The position numbers and the translations under genes were made by a program. 64,000 bases of DNA from Gammaproteobacteria bacterium Ga0074134 (GTDB lineage Bacteria; Pseudomonadota; Gammaproteobacteria; Ga0077554; Ga007554), in contig LNEJ01000027.1 of the NCBI GenBank assembly GCA_001464965.1, positions 17,003-81,002 on the forward strand. Reading direction: 5' to 3'. Of this stretch, positions 41,639 through 51,673 are shown one piece after another. Within the stretch, counting starts at the first letter, position 1; each line of letters opens with the position of its first letter. A model generated the notes under the pieces. That model was not told where the DNA came from and made no database searches. It saw nothing but the letters and a program-made list of their open reading frames with translations.

Positions 41639-43045
41639 ATGACGCTACACATCCATAATAGCCTGACCGGCAAAAAAGAACTTTTTATCCCCATCGAGCC
41701 CGGCAAAATCCGCATGTACGTGTGCGGCATGACCGTCTACGACTATTGTCACCTTGGCCATGCGCGAGTGATGGTGGTGTTTGATGCGGTGGTGCGTTAT
41801 CTGCGCGCGCTGGGCTATCAGGTCACCTATGTGCGCAATATTACCGATATCGACGACAAGATCATCAAACGCGCCGCCGAGAACCACGAAGACATTGATG
41901 CGCTCACCGGGCGTTTTATCGGCGCCATGCACGAGGATGAGCGGGCGCTGGGTGCGTTACCGCCGGATATCGAGCCGCGTGCGACAGAGTTCATCCCTGG
42001 GATTATCAGTCTGACACAGACGCTGATTGACAAGGGTTATGCCTATGTTGCCGCGAATGGTGATGTCTATTATGACGTGAGCCGCTTTGAACATTATGGC
42101 GAGCTTTCCGGCAAACGTTTGGAGGATTTGCGCGCCGGAAGCCGTGTGGAGGTGGACGAGGCCAAGGATGATCCATTGGATTTCGTGCTGTGGAAGGCCG
42201 CCAAGCCTGGCGAGCCGCGCTGGGACTCTCCGTGGGGGCCGGGCCGTCCCGGCTGGCACATCGAATGCTCCGCGATGTCCGGCCACTGCCTGGGGGATCA
42301 TTTTGATATCCATGGCGGTGGCATGGACCTGAAATTTCCGCACCATGAAAATGAGATCGCCCAGTCCGAAGGCGCCACAGGCCACAAATTCGTCAATGTA
42401 TGGATGCATAATGGTTTCGTGCAGGTGAACGAAGAGAAAATGTCCAAATCGCTGGGCAATTTTTTCACGGTACGCGAGGTGTTGAAGCACTATGCGCCGG
42501 AAATCGTGCGCTATTTCATTCTGGGCAGCCACTACCGTGGCCCGCTCACTTATTCCACGGAAAACCTGGACAATGCCAAGGCCGCGCTGGAGCGGTTTTA
42601 CATGGCATTACGCGGCTTGCCGGTCGTCAAAGAAGGGGGGGCGGAGACCGGAGGGCATGAGACAGAGTATGAGCAACGCTTCAGCGCCGCGATGGACGAT
42701 GACTTCAATACGCCGGGAGCGCTGGCGGTGATGTTCGAGCTGGTGCGCGATATCAATCGCGTGCGTAGCGAAAACATGCAAGAAGCCGCGCGGCTGGGAG
42801 CCGTGTTACGGCGGCTGGGTGGCGTGCTGGGGTTGCTGCAGGCCGATCCGGAGGGGTTTCTTAAAGATCCTACTAAAACCACGGCTGGTTTGTCATCCGA
42901 GGAAGTCGAACACCTCATTGCGCGGCGTGATTCAGCGAGACAGAGTAAAGATTGGGCCGAATCAGACCGCATCCGTGACTGGCTCAAGGCTCAGGGTGTC
43001 ATTCTGGAAGACAACGCTGGCAAAACCGCTTGGCGCAGGGAATAA
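41639..43045 (+). CDS. cysS: cysteine--tRNA ligase
   Basis: HIGH motif CHLGHARV and KMSKS motif KMSKSLGN. Confidence 0.9.
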   Translation: MTLHIHNSLTGKKELFIPIEPGKIRMYVCGMTVYDYCHLGHARVMVVFDAVVRYLRALGYQVTYVRNITDIDDKIIKRAAENHEDIDALTGRFIGAMHEDERALGALPPDIEPRATEFIPGIISLTQTLIDKGYAYVAANGDVYYDVSRFEHYGELSGKRLEDLRAGSRVEVDEAKDDPLDFVLWKAAKPGEPRWDSPWGPGRPGWHIECSAMSGHCLGDHFDIHGGGMDLKFPHHENEIAQSEGATGHKFVNVWMHNGFVQVNEEKMSKSLGNFFTVREVLKHYAPEIVRYFILGSHYRGPLTYSTENLDNAKAALERFYMALRGLPVVKEGGAETGGHETEYEQRFSAAMDDDFNTPGALAVMFELVRDINRVRSENMQEAARLGAVLRRLGGVLGLLQADPEGFLKDPTKTTAGLSSEEVEHLIARRDSARQSKDWAESDRIRDWLKAQGVILEDNAGKTAWRRE

Positions 43046-43077
43046 TCCCGGATGGGTCGTCACCGTTGGAAGTTTTA

Positions 43078-43629
43078 TTAGCGATGACGGTCCCGCTGCC
43101 ACAGCACCTCCTGCCCGCCTTCAGCGCGTGCCAGCACGCGCGCGATGACAAACAACAGATCCGATAGGCGGTTAAGATAGGCGAGAGCTTCCCCGTTGAT
43201 TGTTTCGTTGCGTGCCAAGCTCACCACATGGCGTTCGGCACGTCGGCACACCGTGCGCGCCAAGTGGCATGTGGCTGCGGCAAGGCCGCCAGCGGGCAGG
43301 ATAAACTCTTTTAGGTAAGGCAGGCTGGCGTTGAATGCGTCCAGCGTGGTTTCCAGCCGCGCCACATCATCCGCCGTTATGGCACGATGCCCTGGAATGC
43401 AAAGTTCCCCGCCTAAATTGAATAAATCATGCTGAATGTCCGACAGGCAGGCATGCACCGCCTCGGGCGGGTTATGGGCCAGCACCATGCCGATCACGCT
43501 GTTAAGCTCATCCACTGTGCCATAAGCCTCTACACGCAGACTATCCTTCGCTACGCGTGAGCCGTCGCCCAGACCCGTGTCGCCCTGGTCGCCGGTGCGG
43601 GTGTAGATTTTTGAAAGTCGGTGTCCCAT
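43078..43629 (-). CDS. PduO-type ATP:cob(I)alamin adenosyltransferase
   Basis: IYTRTGDQGDTGLGDGSRVAKDSLRVEAYGTVDELNS. Confidence 0.75.
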   Translation of the reverse strand: MGHRLSKIYTRTGDQGDTGLGDGSRVAKDSLRVEAYGTVDELNSVIGMVLAHNPPEAVHACLSDIQHDLFNLGGELCIPGHRAITADDVARLETTLDAFNASLPYLKEFILPAGGLAAATCHLARTVCRRAERHVVSLARNETINGEALAYLNRLSDLLFVIARVLARAEGGQEVLWQRDRHR

Positions 43630-43681
43630 GTTGCCTGGCCTTTGCACGGTTTGTGTGTTGATAGCTGTGCCGAATGATGGT

Positions 43682-43758
43682 TGGTGCCCCGGATACGATT
43701 TGAACGTACGACCTTCCCCTTAGGAGGGGGATGCTCTATCCAGCTGAGCTACCGGGGC
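43682..43758 (-). tRNA. tRNA-Arg (anticodon CCT)
   Basis: The reverse complement folds as a cloverleaf GCCCCGG TA GCTC AGCTGGATA GAGC A TCCCC CTCCTAA GGGGA AGGTC GTACG TTCAAAT CGTAT CCGGGGC ACCA. Confidence 0.8.
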
Positions 43759-43798
43759 GTGGAGAAAGGAGTCAATGATGCCCCGGCTTGGGCGGGAT

Positions 43799-43874
<76 letters not shown>

Positions 43875-43955
43875 AAAAGTGGATTTAAGTTTTAAATGAT
43901 AAAAAGCCGGACATCTAAAATTACGCGGCATTGTACCATCGGGATGCGTTGGAGG

Positions 43956-44660
43956 CTATCCACCCTTGGGCATTTTTTTGATCTGCTCCCGTTCCAGGGC
44001 GATGATGTGGCGCTGGATGATTTTCTGTTGTGGCGTCGACATATTGATGAAGCGGCAACCGAGGCGGACAGGGGTGCTATTGTCCTTGTGGCGGATGGAA
44101 CGGATTTCCAGCATGCATCTTATCTCTTCATCCTGTGTTAAGCGAAAGCAGCAGGGCAGGGTATCGGTTGTTTTGAGCGTGACGGGCAGTTGCTTGTGCG
44201 CGACCCTGATGGAAAGGCCGCCTATTGAAAGGTCTTGCAGTTCCCCTTTTATTGTCTGGTCTTCCGCATGGATAAGAGTTACTGGGATGGGTTGTGCTAC
44301 CCCTGTTTTAACGCGGTAAGAAGCGCGTTGTTGCAGGTAATCGATTTCTGTGGGCAGTGCCAAGTTGTAATAGGCAATGCCGGATTCTCGGCCGGCGTCG
44401 ATCAGTGTGGTGGAAAAACTGATTCTGGCGCCTTCCACACGCGTCCGTGCGCGCAACTCTTTGATATCCAGAAGCAAGGGGTGGCCGCTTTCAGGACTAA
44501 GTTCATCTATGGCGAGATACGCTTGTTCTTCGTTAATTTCAAGTATGGCGCTGTTGTAGTTCTTGTCTGAGCCGGGCAGAGTGACAGTGAGTATTGCGCG
44601 CTGATTTTGGATGCGTTTTAAAAGGCCCAGGATGAAGGGGGCAAGAGTGATTCTGTCCAT
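43956..44660 (-). CDS. ycgR: YcgR-like flagellar brake protein (PilZ domain with an N-terminal YcgR-type domain)
   Basis: PilZ motifs QQRASYRV (RxxxR) and DLSIGGLSI (D/NxSxGG). Confidence 0.65.
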   Translation of the reverse strand: MDRITLAPFILGLLKRIQNQRAILTVTLPGSDKNYNSAILEINEEQAYLAIDELSPESGHPLLLDIKELRARTRVEGARISFSTTLIDAGRESGIAYYNLALPTEIDYLQQRASYRVKTGVAQPIPVTLIHAEDQTIKGELQDLSIGGLSIRVAHKQLPVTLKTTDTLPCCFRLTQDEEIRCMLEIRSIRHKDNSTPVRLGCRFINMSTPQQKIIQRHIIALEREQIKKMPKGG

Positions 44661-44738
44661 GATTATTTTTCTTCCGCCAATAACATAAGTAACGGATATT
44701 ACCCTGTAGATGTGTGATGTTTCGCTGTGTTTTTAGGG

Positions 44739-45230
44739 TTATGCCCGTCCCAGTGATTGTGCGCGGGATTTTGGTTGTGTAGCGCCAGTGGCGCTGTAGC
44801 AGCTCTCGCTTTCAGGAGGGTGGCCGCGCAAGATGGAGAGCGCCCGCTGGAGGTTGAGGCGGCTGATGGCGATGACTGCGCCATTGACCTGATTCTGTTG
44901 CTGGCATGCGGCGCTTAGCGCACGAAGCTTCCCCCAGGTGGGGCTAAGGTGGTGGATGCCATATGGGTCTTGGTCACGAATATAGCTTTCGATGCCTGCC
45001 GGGTTGGTGGAGTAACCTGCTGCACGCAGTATCTCTTCATGCTGTTTGATCAGCATGTCCAGCCGGGAGGCCAAGGGTTGTTTGCCGGCAACCGCCTGCT
45101 CGATGGCAGGTATATCGTTGCCGGCAAGGGCGGCATGTTCTTGCCGCAGGATGTCAAGCAGGGACGAGGCGGTGTTGATTTCATGCTCGAACAACGCACT
45201 GATTAACTGTTGATGTTCCGCTTCGGCCAT
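44739..45230 (-). CDS. flgN: flagellar export chaperone FlgN
   Basis: Position directly downstream of flgM. Helical FlgN-like sequence LLDILRQEHAALAGNDIPAIEQAV. Confidence 0.7.
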   Translation of the reverse strand: MAEAEHQQLISALFEHEINTASSLLDILRQEHAALAGNDIPAIEQAVAGKQPLASRLDMLIKQHEEILRAAGYSTNPAGIESYIRDQDPYGIHHLSPTWGKLRALSAACQQQNQVNGAVIAISRLNLQRALSILRGHPPESESCYSATGATQPKSRAQSLGRA

Positions 45231-45245
45231 TTACATATCCTTGAT

Positions 45246-45566
45246 TTATGCGGCGCGCCGGAGGTGCAGTGAGCTTTCGAAGCTCAAAAGTTTATCGGCC
45301 ACGCGCATTGGGTTAATCTCAAATGTGCCGCTGGCGACAGCTTGCTTGACGCCTTCGACACGGTGAATATCGACTACGGGCAAAGCGGACAGGGTCTTTT
45401 CCAGGCCGCGCAACCGTGCGGCGGTATCCGTGAAGCTGACAGTATCCACCGCGGAGGATTTACCGGTCTCCCGCTGCGCCGCATTGGGCTGGCGGACTGC
45501 AGACGTGTCGGCAGTGGTGGATGGGGCGGCATTTACGGGTGTTTTTCCGGTGATTTCAATGGGCAT
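45246..45566 (-). CDS. flgM: anti-sigma-28 factor FlgM
   Basis: C-terminal ...DIHRVEGVKQAVASGTFEINPMRVADKLL FlgM signature. Confidence 0.8.
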   Translation of the reverse strand: MPIEITGKTPVNAAPSTTADTSAVRQPNAAQRETGKSSAVDTVSFTDTAARLRGLEKTLSALPVVDIHRVEGVKQAVASGTFEINPMRVADKLLSFESSLHLRRAA

Positions 45567-45664
45567 GTTCTATACCTCTTCAGATGCTGTGCATAGGATA
45601 GCGGCTGATTCGGCCATTACTTTAAATCAAAAAGTACATGCACAGCAAATTATGGGACAATTCG

Positions 45665-46378
45665 TCAATTCCCTGTCACTTTAACTATTCCCTCGGCCAT
45701 TACCGTTCCCTCAACGACCCGTTGGGATGTGAGATTGCGAACCTGGATTAATGCCCCGGCGGCGCCGTCCATGAGCGCCTTTCCGGCCATGCGCACCTCA
45801 ATTCCAGCAATTTCCGCGAGAAGGGTGACTTGTGCTCCCCGCCGAACCACGCTCGGGGCCTCAAGCATGGCGGGAGTGTATACGGCACCGGGGTCTATTG
45901 AGCGTTTCAGAGTCATACCGAGGATTTGTTCGGGTGTGCTCAGGTAGCCGCCGGATAGGGAGGCGATGTTCAGTTCGGCGGTCTGGAAATCCTGGGCGGT
46001 TATCTGGCTGCCGCGGTTCAGTGCGTGGCTGGCGATCAAGGCGGGCGCAAAAATTTTGACGGTGACTGGCACATACAATGACCAGGGTTTAGGGCTGTGG
46101 CAACGTATCCCAATGTTAGATAAACCGAGGATGCGGCTGCCGGGCGGCAGGAAAGCCTCCGGTTTGTCCGCACAAACCGGAAGGCGCAGGCGGGTGTCCA
46201 GGACACCAACCTCTATATGCGGCGTTGCTGGCGCGTTTTGAATTTGTTGCTGCACGAAAGTTCTGGCGGTTTCGCGCAGCGAATCGTGGGATTGATACGT
46301 TTCGGCACGAACTTGCTGTGGCAGTAATGTGAATGCCGTAAAAAAAATTACTGCCCAAAAAATTGTATGGTATGGCAT
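45665..46378 (-). CDS. flgA: flagellar P-ring assembly chaperone FlgA
   Basis: Signal peptide and SAF domain. Heads the flgA-flgM-flgN operon. Confidence 0.8.
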   Translation of the reverse strand: MPYHTIFWAVIFFTAFTLLPQQVRAETYQSHDSLRETARTFVQQQIQNAPATPHIEVGVLDTRLRLPVCADKPEAFLPPGSRILGLSNIGIRCHSPKPWSLYVPVTVKIFAPALIASHALNRGSQITAQDFQTAELNIASLSGGYLSTPEQILGMTLKRSIDPGAVYTPAMLEAPSVVRRGAQVTLLAEIAGIEVRMAGKALMDGAAGALIQVRNLTSQRVVEGTVMAEGIVKVTGN

Positions 46379-46460
46379 GCCTTTGAGTAAGCAAAATATG
46401 AGCCAATCGGAATGTGAAAGCGCAGTTAAGGAGCTTGTGAAAAGCCGAGCCTATTTCTGA

Positions 46461-46726
46461 GAGCCTGTCTGTGAATAAATCATCCCTGCGACGGAGGCTG
46501 GTTTTGCGCAGGGCAAGGAACGCTGAGCGTAGTGTGCTTGTTGCACATGAGCGAAGCGTGACGCCGCACCGCGCAAAACCGGCCCCGTCCCTTCGGGTTG
46601 CTCCCCAAAACACGCCATGCGGCGTTGCTCGTCGTTTATTTGGAATCACCAAACTTCTCTCCTCGCGCCTTGCCTGGCGTGTTTTGGGGAGCAACGCAGG
46701 GATGATTTATTCACAGACAGGCTCTC
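46461..46726. mobile_element. 264-bp MITE-like element, copy 2 (inverted relative to copy 1)
   Basis: TIRs gagcctgtctgtgaataaatcatccctgcg / cgcagggatgatttattcacagacaggctc. Sits in the divergent flgA / cheV promoter region. Confidence 0.65.
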
Positions 46727-46735
46727 AGATATTGC

Positions 46736-46762
46736 TTAAGTATCGGGTTGCCGTGCCGATAT
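46736..46762 (+). promoter_or_regulatory. candidate sigma28 (FliA) promoter for cheV-cheR
   Basis: TTAAGTAT, 11-nt spacer, GCCGATAT, compared with the consensus TAAAGTTT-N11-GCCGATAA. It lies 38 nt upstream of the cheV ATG. Confidence 0.4.
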
Positions 46763-46800
46763 TTCGCATATCGATAAATGACGTTCTTAAGGAGAATGGC

Positions 46801-47748
46801 ATGGCAAGCGTATTGGATGATGTGGACAAGCGAACCAAGATGGTGGGGCAGAATCGGCTGGAGCTGTTGTTGTTTCGGTTGAATGACACGCAGTACTTTG
46901 GCATCAATGTTTTTAAGGTGCGTGAAGTTATTCAATGCCCCCCGCTGGCACATCTACCCAAAGCCCATCCTTCAATCTGCGGTGTTGCCACTATACGCGG
47001 CAAAACCATCCCTGTGATTGATCTGTCCATGGCTATAGGCCAGACGCCCATGGCAGATCCGGCGCGTGGTTATGTTATTGTCACAGAATATAACCGATCG
47101 GTTCAGGGATTGCTGGTGAATGGCATGGATCGTATCGTCAATATGAACTGGGAGTCAGTGCTGGCGCCACCCAAAGGTACGGGTTCCTGCAGCTATCTGA
47201 CGGCGGTGACGCGGCTCAATGACCAATTGATCGAGATCCTTGATGTGGAGAAGGTGTTTGCCGAGATTATCCATTGTTCTCTCACGGTTTCCGAGGATTT
47301 GGTTGAAGAGGGTGTTGCGCAACACGACATACAACCGCATGTGTTGGTTGTGGATGATTCCAGTGTGGCGCGCAATCAGATCAAACGCACTCTTGAGCAG
47401 ATGAAAATTTCGTATACCTTGGCGCCGGATGGTCGTGAGGCGCTGGAGTTGCTGAAAAAATGGGCGGACACTCAAGACCCTCTCTTGCAGCGTCTGAGTC
47501 TGGTGATTTCCGATATTGAAATGCCTGAAATGGACGGCTATACGTTGACGACCGAGATCCGCAAGGATGAACGCTTACGTAGCCTCTATGTCATGCTGCA
47601 TTCATCATTAAGCGGCGTATTCAACGATGCCATGGTGAAGAAAGTCGGCGCGGATGAGTTTATCGCAAAATTCAGTGCGGATGACCTTGCGGCGGCGGCC
47701 ATGAAGAGGATTAAAATGTACAGCGTAGGGAAAATTCAGGCCGCTTGA
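46801..47748 (+). CDS. cheV: chemotaxis protein CheV (CheW-like plus receiver domain)
   Basis: CheW-like LLLFRLNDTQYFGINVFKVREV plus REC HVLVVDDSSVARN...DIEMPEMDG. The start is placed after the MITE. Confidence 0.8.
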   Translation: MASVLDDVDKRTKMVGQNRLELLLFRLNDTQYFGINVFKVREVIQCPPLAHLPKAHPSICGVATIRGKTIPVIDLSMAIGQTPMADPARGYVIVTEYNRSVQGLLVNGMDRIVNMNWESVLAPPKGTGSCSYLTAVTRLNDQLIEILDVEKVFAEIIHCSLTVSEDLVEEGVAQHDIQPHVLVVDDSSVARNQIKRTLEQMKISYTLAPDGREALELLKKWADTQDPLLQRLSLVISDIEMPEMDGYTLTTEIRKDERLRSLYVMLHSSLSGVFNDAMVKKVGADEFIAKFSADDLAAAAMKRIKMYSVGKIQAA

Positions 47749-47803
47749 AATCTGTTGAATGCCGTATGCAGATTGCCGGCCCAATACCATGCCAGGGACT
47801 CCT

Positions 47804-48643
47804 ATGCCAAATCAAACCATCCCTCATCAAGAATATGCAGACTTTTGCAGTTTTCTTGAGTCCGCCTGCGGTATTACGCTTGGTGACAACAAACATTATT
47901 TGGTGGTCAGCCGCCTTAACCGCTTATTGGAGGAGGTGGGCATCCCGTCAATCGGAGAACTCGTGGCGCGTCTCGAGTGTGATGTAAAATCCGGTTTACG
48001 CGAACGTATTGTGGACGCCATGACGACTAACGAAACCCTCTGGTTTCGTGATCAGGCACCTTTCGAAATTCTCAAGGCACACATTCTTCCGGAATTGGCT
48101 GGAAAGTCCGCGCGCCCGGTACGGATCTGGTCGGCGGCCTGTTCGTCGGGGCAAGAACCTTATTCCATCAGTATCGTGGCTCAGGAGTACTTGAGCGGTA
48201 AGCCGGGCAGTTTTCCCACAGGGGTGCAGATATCCGCCACTGATATCTCACCCACCATGCTCAAGGACGCCAAGGCGGGTCTGTACGATTCCATGTCATT
48301 GGCACGCGGTATGTCTGATGAACGCAGGAAGCGATTTTTTGACCCAAAAGGTTCCCTGTGGGAGGTCAAAAATGAGATACGCAAACGTGTCACTTTCGCG
48401 GAATTAAACCTGATGAAAAAGGATTATTCCGCGCTGGGTAAATTTGACGTGATTTTTTGCCGTAACGTGTTGATCTATTTTTCAAACGATTTAAAGCGCG
48501 ACATCATCGCGCGTTTTGCCCAGGTACTGGCGCCAGAAGGTTATCTGTTTCTTGGGGCATCCGAATCCATGTCAAGTTATTCGGATGCTTTTGACACTGT
48601 TCGCTACCAGGGTGGCATAGCGTATCGCCTCAAAAAGAAGTGA
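47804..48643 (+). CDS. cheR: chemotaxis protein methyltransferase CheR
   Basis: SAM-binding RIWSAACSSGQEPYSI and CRNVLIYF. Confidence 0.8.
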   Translation: MPNQTIPHQEYADFCSFLESACGITLGDNKHYLVVSRLNRLLEEVGIPSIGELVARLECDVKSGLRERIVDAMTTNETLWFRDQAPFEILKAHILPELAGKSARPVRIWSAACSSGQEPYSISIVAQEYLSGKPGSFPTGVQISATDISPTMLKDAKAGLYDSMSLARGMSDERRKRFFDPKGSLWEVKNEIRKRVTFAELNLMKKDYSALGKFDVIFCRNVLIYFSNDLKRDIIARFAQVLAPEGYLFLGASESMSSYSDAFDTVRYQGGIAYRLKKK

Positions 48644-48771
48644 ACACCCCGGCAGGCATGGAAGCCTGCCGCCGCAAGGTTTGCCGCAAGGCGGAAATAT
48701 ATTGCCGCAGGATGTGAATTCTCCCCCCTCTTTGTAATGTAACCCATTGTTTTAATATCTCATCTAAATTT

Positions 48772-48787
48772 TGGCACAGACTCTGCA
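48772..48787 (+). promoter_or_regulatory. sigma54 (RpoN) promoter upstream of flgB
   Basis: TGGCAC agact cTGCA has the -24 GG and -12 GC elements at correct spacing. It lies about 40 nt upstream of the flgB ATG. Confidence 0.5.
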
Positions 48788-48825
48788 TTGATCCTTGGCA
48801 GGTACAGTAAGGATGGAGTCAGACG

Positions 48826-49230
48826 ATGCCAATCAATCTCGACAAAGCATTAGGAATATATCCGCAGGCGCTTGCCTTGCGCGCACGCCGCGCGGAAGTT
48901 CTGGCGGCCAATATGGCCAATGCGGATACGCCGAATTACAAGGCCAAGGATATCGACTTCAAAGCGGTGCTGAATCAGGCCAGGGATCAATCAAGCAGTA
49001 ATGCTTCCGTTTTGGTGCGTACCCATGCGACCCACCTGCCTTCTGGTTTGGATCTGACGTCGGGGTCGGTGAAGTACCGCGTTCCAGAACAGTCGTCACT
49101 GGATGGCAATACGGTGGATACGGAGACAGAGCAGGCTGAATTTACCCGTAATGCGATTCAGTATCAGGCCACACTCACTTTTCTCAATGGTCGCATCAGG
49201 GGTTTGATGACGGCTATCAGGGGAGATTAA
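48826..49230 (+). CDS. flgB: flagellar basal-body rod protein FlgB
   Basis: N-terminal rod motif and operon position. Confidence 0.85.
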   Translation: MPINLDKALGIYPQALALRARRAEVLAANMANADTPNYKAKDIDFKAVLNQARDQSSSNASVLVRTHATHLPSGLDLTSGSVKYRVPEQSSLDGNTVDTETEQAEFTRNAIQYQATLTFLNGRIRGLMTAIRGD

Positions 49231-49233
49231 TCC

Positions 49234-49644
49234 ATGTCTTCTTTCAAAATATTTGATATTGCAGGTTCAGGAATGAGCGCGCAGTCGCTGCGCCTCAACG
49301 TGACGGCCAGCAATCTTGCCAATGCCGATAGTATCAGCGGCAATGTGGCGGGTGTGTATAAAGCACGTGAGCCGGTCTTTTCGGCAGTGATGGATAAACT
49401 TGCCGGGGATGATGCGGCGAGTGTGCGTGTTTTGGGTGTGGTTGAAAATGACGCGCCGGTGCAAAGCCGTTATGAGCCTGGCCACCCTCTGGCGGATGCG
49501 CAGGGCTATATCTATCTGCCGAATGTGAATGTGGTTGAGCAAATGGCCAATATGATTTCCGCCTCACGCTCTTATCAGAACAACGTGGAGGTGATGAATG
49601 CCTCCAAACAGCTTTTGCTGGCCACGCTGAGGCTGGGTCAGTAA
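49234..49644 (+). CDS. flgC: flagellar basal-body rod protein FlgC
   Basis: MSSFKIFDIAGSGMSAQSLRLNVTASNLANA... Confidence 0.9.
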   Translation: MSSFKIFDIAGSGMSAQSLRLNVTASNLANADSISGNVAGVYKAREPVFSAVMDKLAGDDAASVRVLGVVENDAPVQSRYEPGHPLADAQGYIYLPNVNVVEQMANMISASRSYQNNVEVMNASKQLLLATLRLGQ

Positions 49645-49668
49645 GCAAGTCGTCCAAGGAGAAAATTT

Positions 49669-50343
49669 ATGAGTACAAAAATTGATACCGGCGCACTGGA
49701 AAGTCTGGGTCTGACGAAGAAACCGGAGCAGAAAGTTAGTCAGGATCGTCTGGGACAGGATGAGTTTCTGAAGCTGATGGTTACCCAATTAAAGAACCAG
49801 GATCCCATGAAGCCCATGCAAAACGGTGAATTCATGGGGCAGATGGCACAGTTTAGTGCTGTGACGGGTATTAAAGAATTACAAACCTCATTCAGCCAGT
49901 TTGCAACTGCAATGCAATCCAGTCAGGCTCTACAGGCTTCGGCGTTGGTGGGGCGATCGGTACTGGTGCCGGGCGATGCCGGCGTGCTGGCGCAAGGCGG
50001 CACTCTGGGTGGGGCGGTGGATCTGCCTGCCAGCACCTCCGGTGTTTCGCTGGCGGTATATAACCAGTCGGGCCAGGTTGTGAGGCGTCTGGAGATGGGG
50101 CCGCAGTCCAGTGGTCTGGCCAGCTTCACGTGGGATGGCAAGACCGATGCCGGTGATACCGCTCCGGCAGGAAAATACAAGGTTGCTGCTGGCGCGATGA
50201 TGGATGGTAAGACGATGGCCGTTGACACGCTGGTGGCTGCGACGGTTGAGAGTGTCACGCTCGGACGGGGAGCTCAGGGACCGACGTTGAATGTAACTGG
50301 ATTGGGTCCGCTGGAGTTGTCCAACGTCCGGCAGATTATGTGA
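49669..50343 (+). CDS. flgD: flagellar hook assembly (capping) protein FlgD
   Basis: FlgD N-domain DEFLKLMVTQLKNQDP and operon position. Confidence 0.85.
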   Translation: MSTKIDTGALESLGLTKKPEQKVSQDRLGQDEFLKLMVTQLKNQDPMKPMQNGEFMGQMAQFSAVTGIKELQTSFSQFATAMQSSQALQASALVGRSVLVPGDAGVLAQGGTLGGAVDLPASTSGVSLAVYNQSGQVVRRLEMGPQSSGLASFTWDGKTDAGDTAPAGKYKVAAGAMMDGKTMAVDTLVAATVESVTLGRGAQGPTLNVTGLGPLELSNVRQIM

Positions 50344-50370
50344 TTAGGTTTTTACAAGAGGATAAACGAT

Positions 50371-51648
50371 ATGACATTTCGTATTGCTTTAAGCGGTATT
50401 AACGCAGCATCATCCGAACTGCAAGTCATAGGCAACAACATTGCCAATGCCAGTACGACCGGATTCAAAAAATCACGCGCCGAATTTGCAGACGTTTATG
50501 CAACAAGCAACCTGGGCATTTCCCAGAACGCTATAGGCAGCGGTGCGCGCGTGGCGGCGGTGGCGCAGCAGTTTACCCAGGGAAATATTGGTTTTACCAA
50601 CAACAATCTTGATCTGGCCATTAACGGGCAGGGATTCTTTGTGTTGAACGACAACGGTGTGCCGGCTTACACACGCTCCGGTGCGTTTCAAATGGATCGC
50701 GATGGCTATATAGTCAATAGCCAGAATCAGCGTTTAACGGCGTATCAGGCCGATGTGAATGGTAATATCACCGGCTCCCGTGGCGACTTGCAGTTAAGTA
50801 CATCGGATATTTCGCCGCGTGCATCGACGGCTGTCACTGTAGCCGCCAATCTCAATGCCAATGCCACACCGTTTGCACCGTATCCTGCCTTGCCGGCATT
50901 TGATCGCACCGATCCGACTAGCTATACCAATTCAACCGCGGTAACCCTCTACGATTCATTGGGTAACGCGAATCTCGGCACGATGTATTACCGCAAGACA
51001 AGCAACCCCAATGAATGGGAGTCACATTTGTGGATAACCAATGGTGCGGGCACACCGATTGAAGTTATTCCGAACGGCAATGTGGCAGGGCAACCTGCTA
51101 ACTTGACCTTTTCGTCTGCCGGTGGAATCACATCGGTCACACCTTCTCTGGCGGGTGCACTAACGGTGGATTACGCCCCGGTTAATCCGCAGACCGGCGC
51201 GGCGAACATGTCATTCGATGTGAATTATTCCAAAACGACACAGTATGGCAGTCCTTTTGGTGTCAACGCCCTTACGCAAGATGGCTTTGCCACGGGCCGC
51301 TTGAGCGGGATTGATATCAGCGACACAGGTATTGTGCAGTCACGTTATACCAATGGCCAGTCGCGTGCGCTGGGTCAAGTTGCCCTGGCCAATTTTAGCA
51401 ATCCTCAGGGGTTGCGCCAGTTGGGCGACACCGCGTGGGCGGAAACCTTTGATTCGGGTGCGGCTCTGGTTGGTCAACCAGGGGGGGGGAGCCTGGGTTT
51501 GGTGCAATCGGGCGCGCTGGAAGGATCTAATGTGGATCTCACTGAGCAATTGGTCACCATGATTACGGCACAACGTAATTTCCAGGCCAATGCACAGGTG
51601 ATCACTACCGCGGATGCGATTACCCAAACCATTATCAATATCCGTTAA
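50371..51648 (+). CDS. flgE: flagellar hook protein FlgE
   Basis: Conserved N-terminus ALSGINAASSELQVIGNNIAN and C-terminus TEQLVTMITAQRNFQANAQVITTAD. Confidence 0.9.
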   Translation: MTFRIALSGINAASSELQVIGNNIANASTTGFKKSRAEFADVYATSNLGISQNAIGSGARVAAVAQQFTQGNIGFTNNNLDLAINGQGFFVLNDNGVPAYTRSGAFQMDRDGYIVNSQNQRLTAYQADVNGNITGSRGDLQLSTSDISPRASTAVTVAANLNANATPFAPYPALPAFDRTDPTSYTNSTAVTLYDSLGNANLGTMYYRKTSNPNEWESHLWITNGAGTPIEVIPNGNVAGQPANLTFSSAGGITSVTPSLAGALTVDYAPVNPQTGAANMSFDVNYSKTTQYGSPFGVNALTQDGFATGRLSGIDISDTGIVQSRYTNGQSRALGQVALANFSNPQGLRQLGDTAWAETFDSGAALVGQPGGGSLGLVQSGALEGSNVDLTEQLVTMITAQRNFQANAQVITTADAITQTIINIR

Positions 51649-51673
51649 TGATAGATAATCGCGAGCGATAACC

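Noticed and set aside
43046-43077. Possible terminator after cysS
   Set aside because: The inverted repeat cgtcaccg...cgatgacg is imperfect and lacks a U-tract. Too weak to call.
46116-46694. 192-aa ORF and the 5' extension of the CheV ORF (46471-46800), as well as 34840-35115 and the 34934-35116 extension of the DUF4149 ORF
   Set aside because: The sequence is the 264-bp MITE. The translations RATPHGVFWGATRRDGAGF recur in both copies because the DNA repeats. They do not represent proteins.
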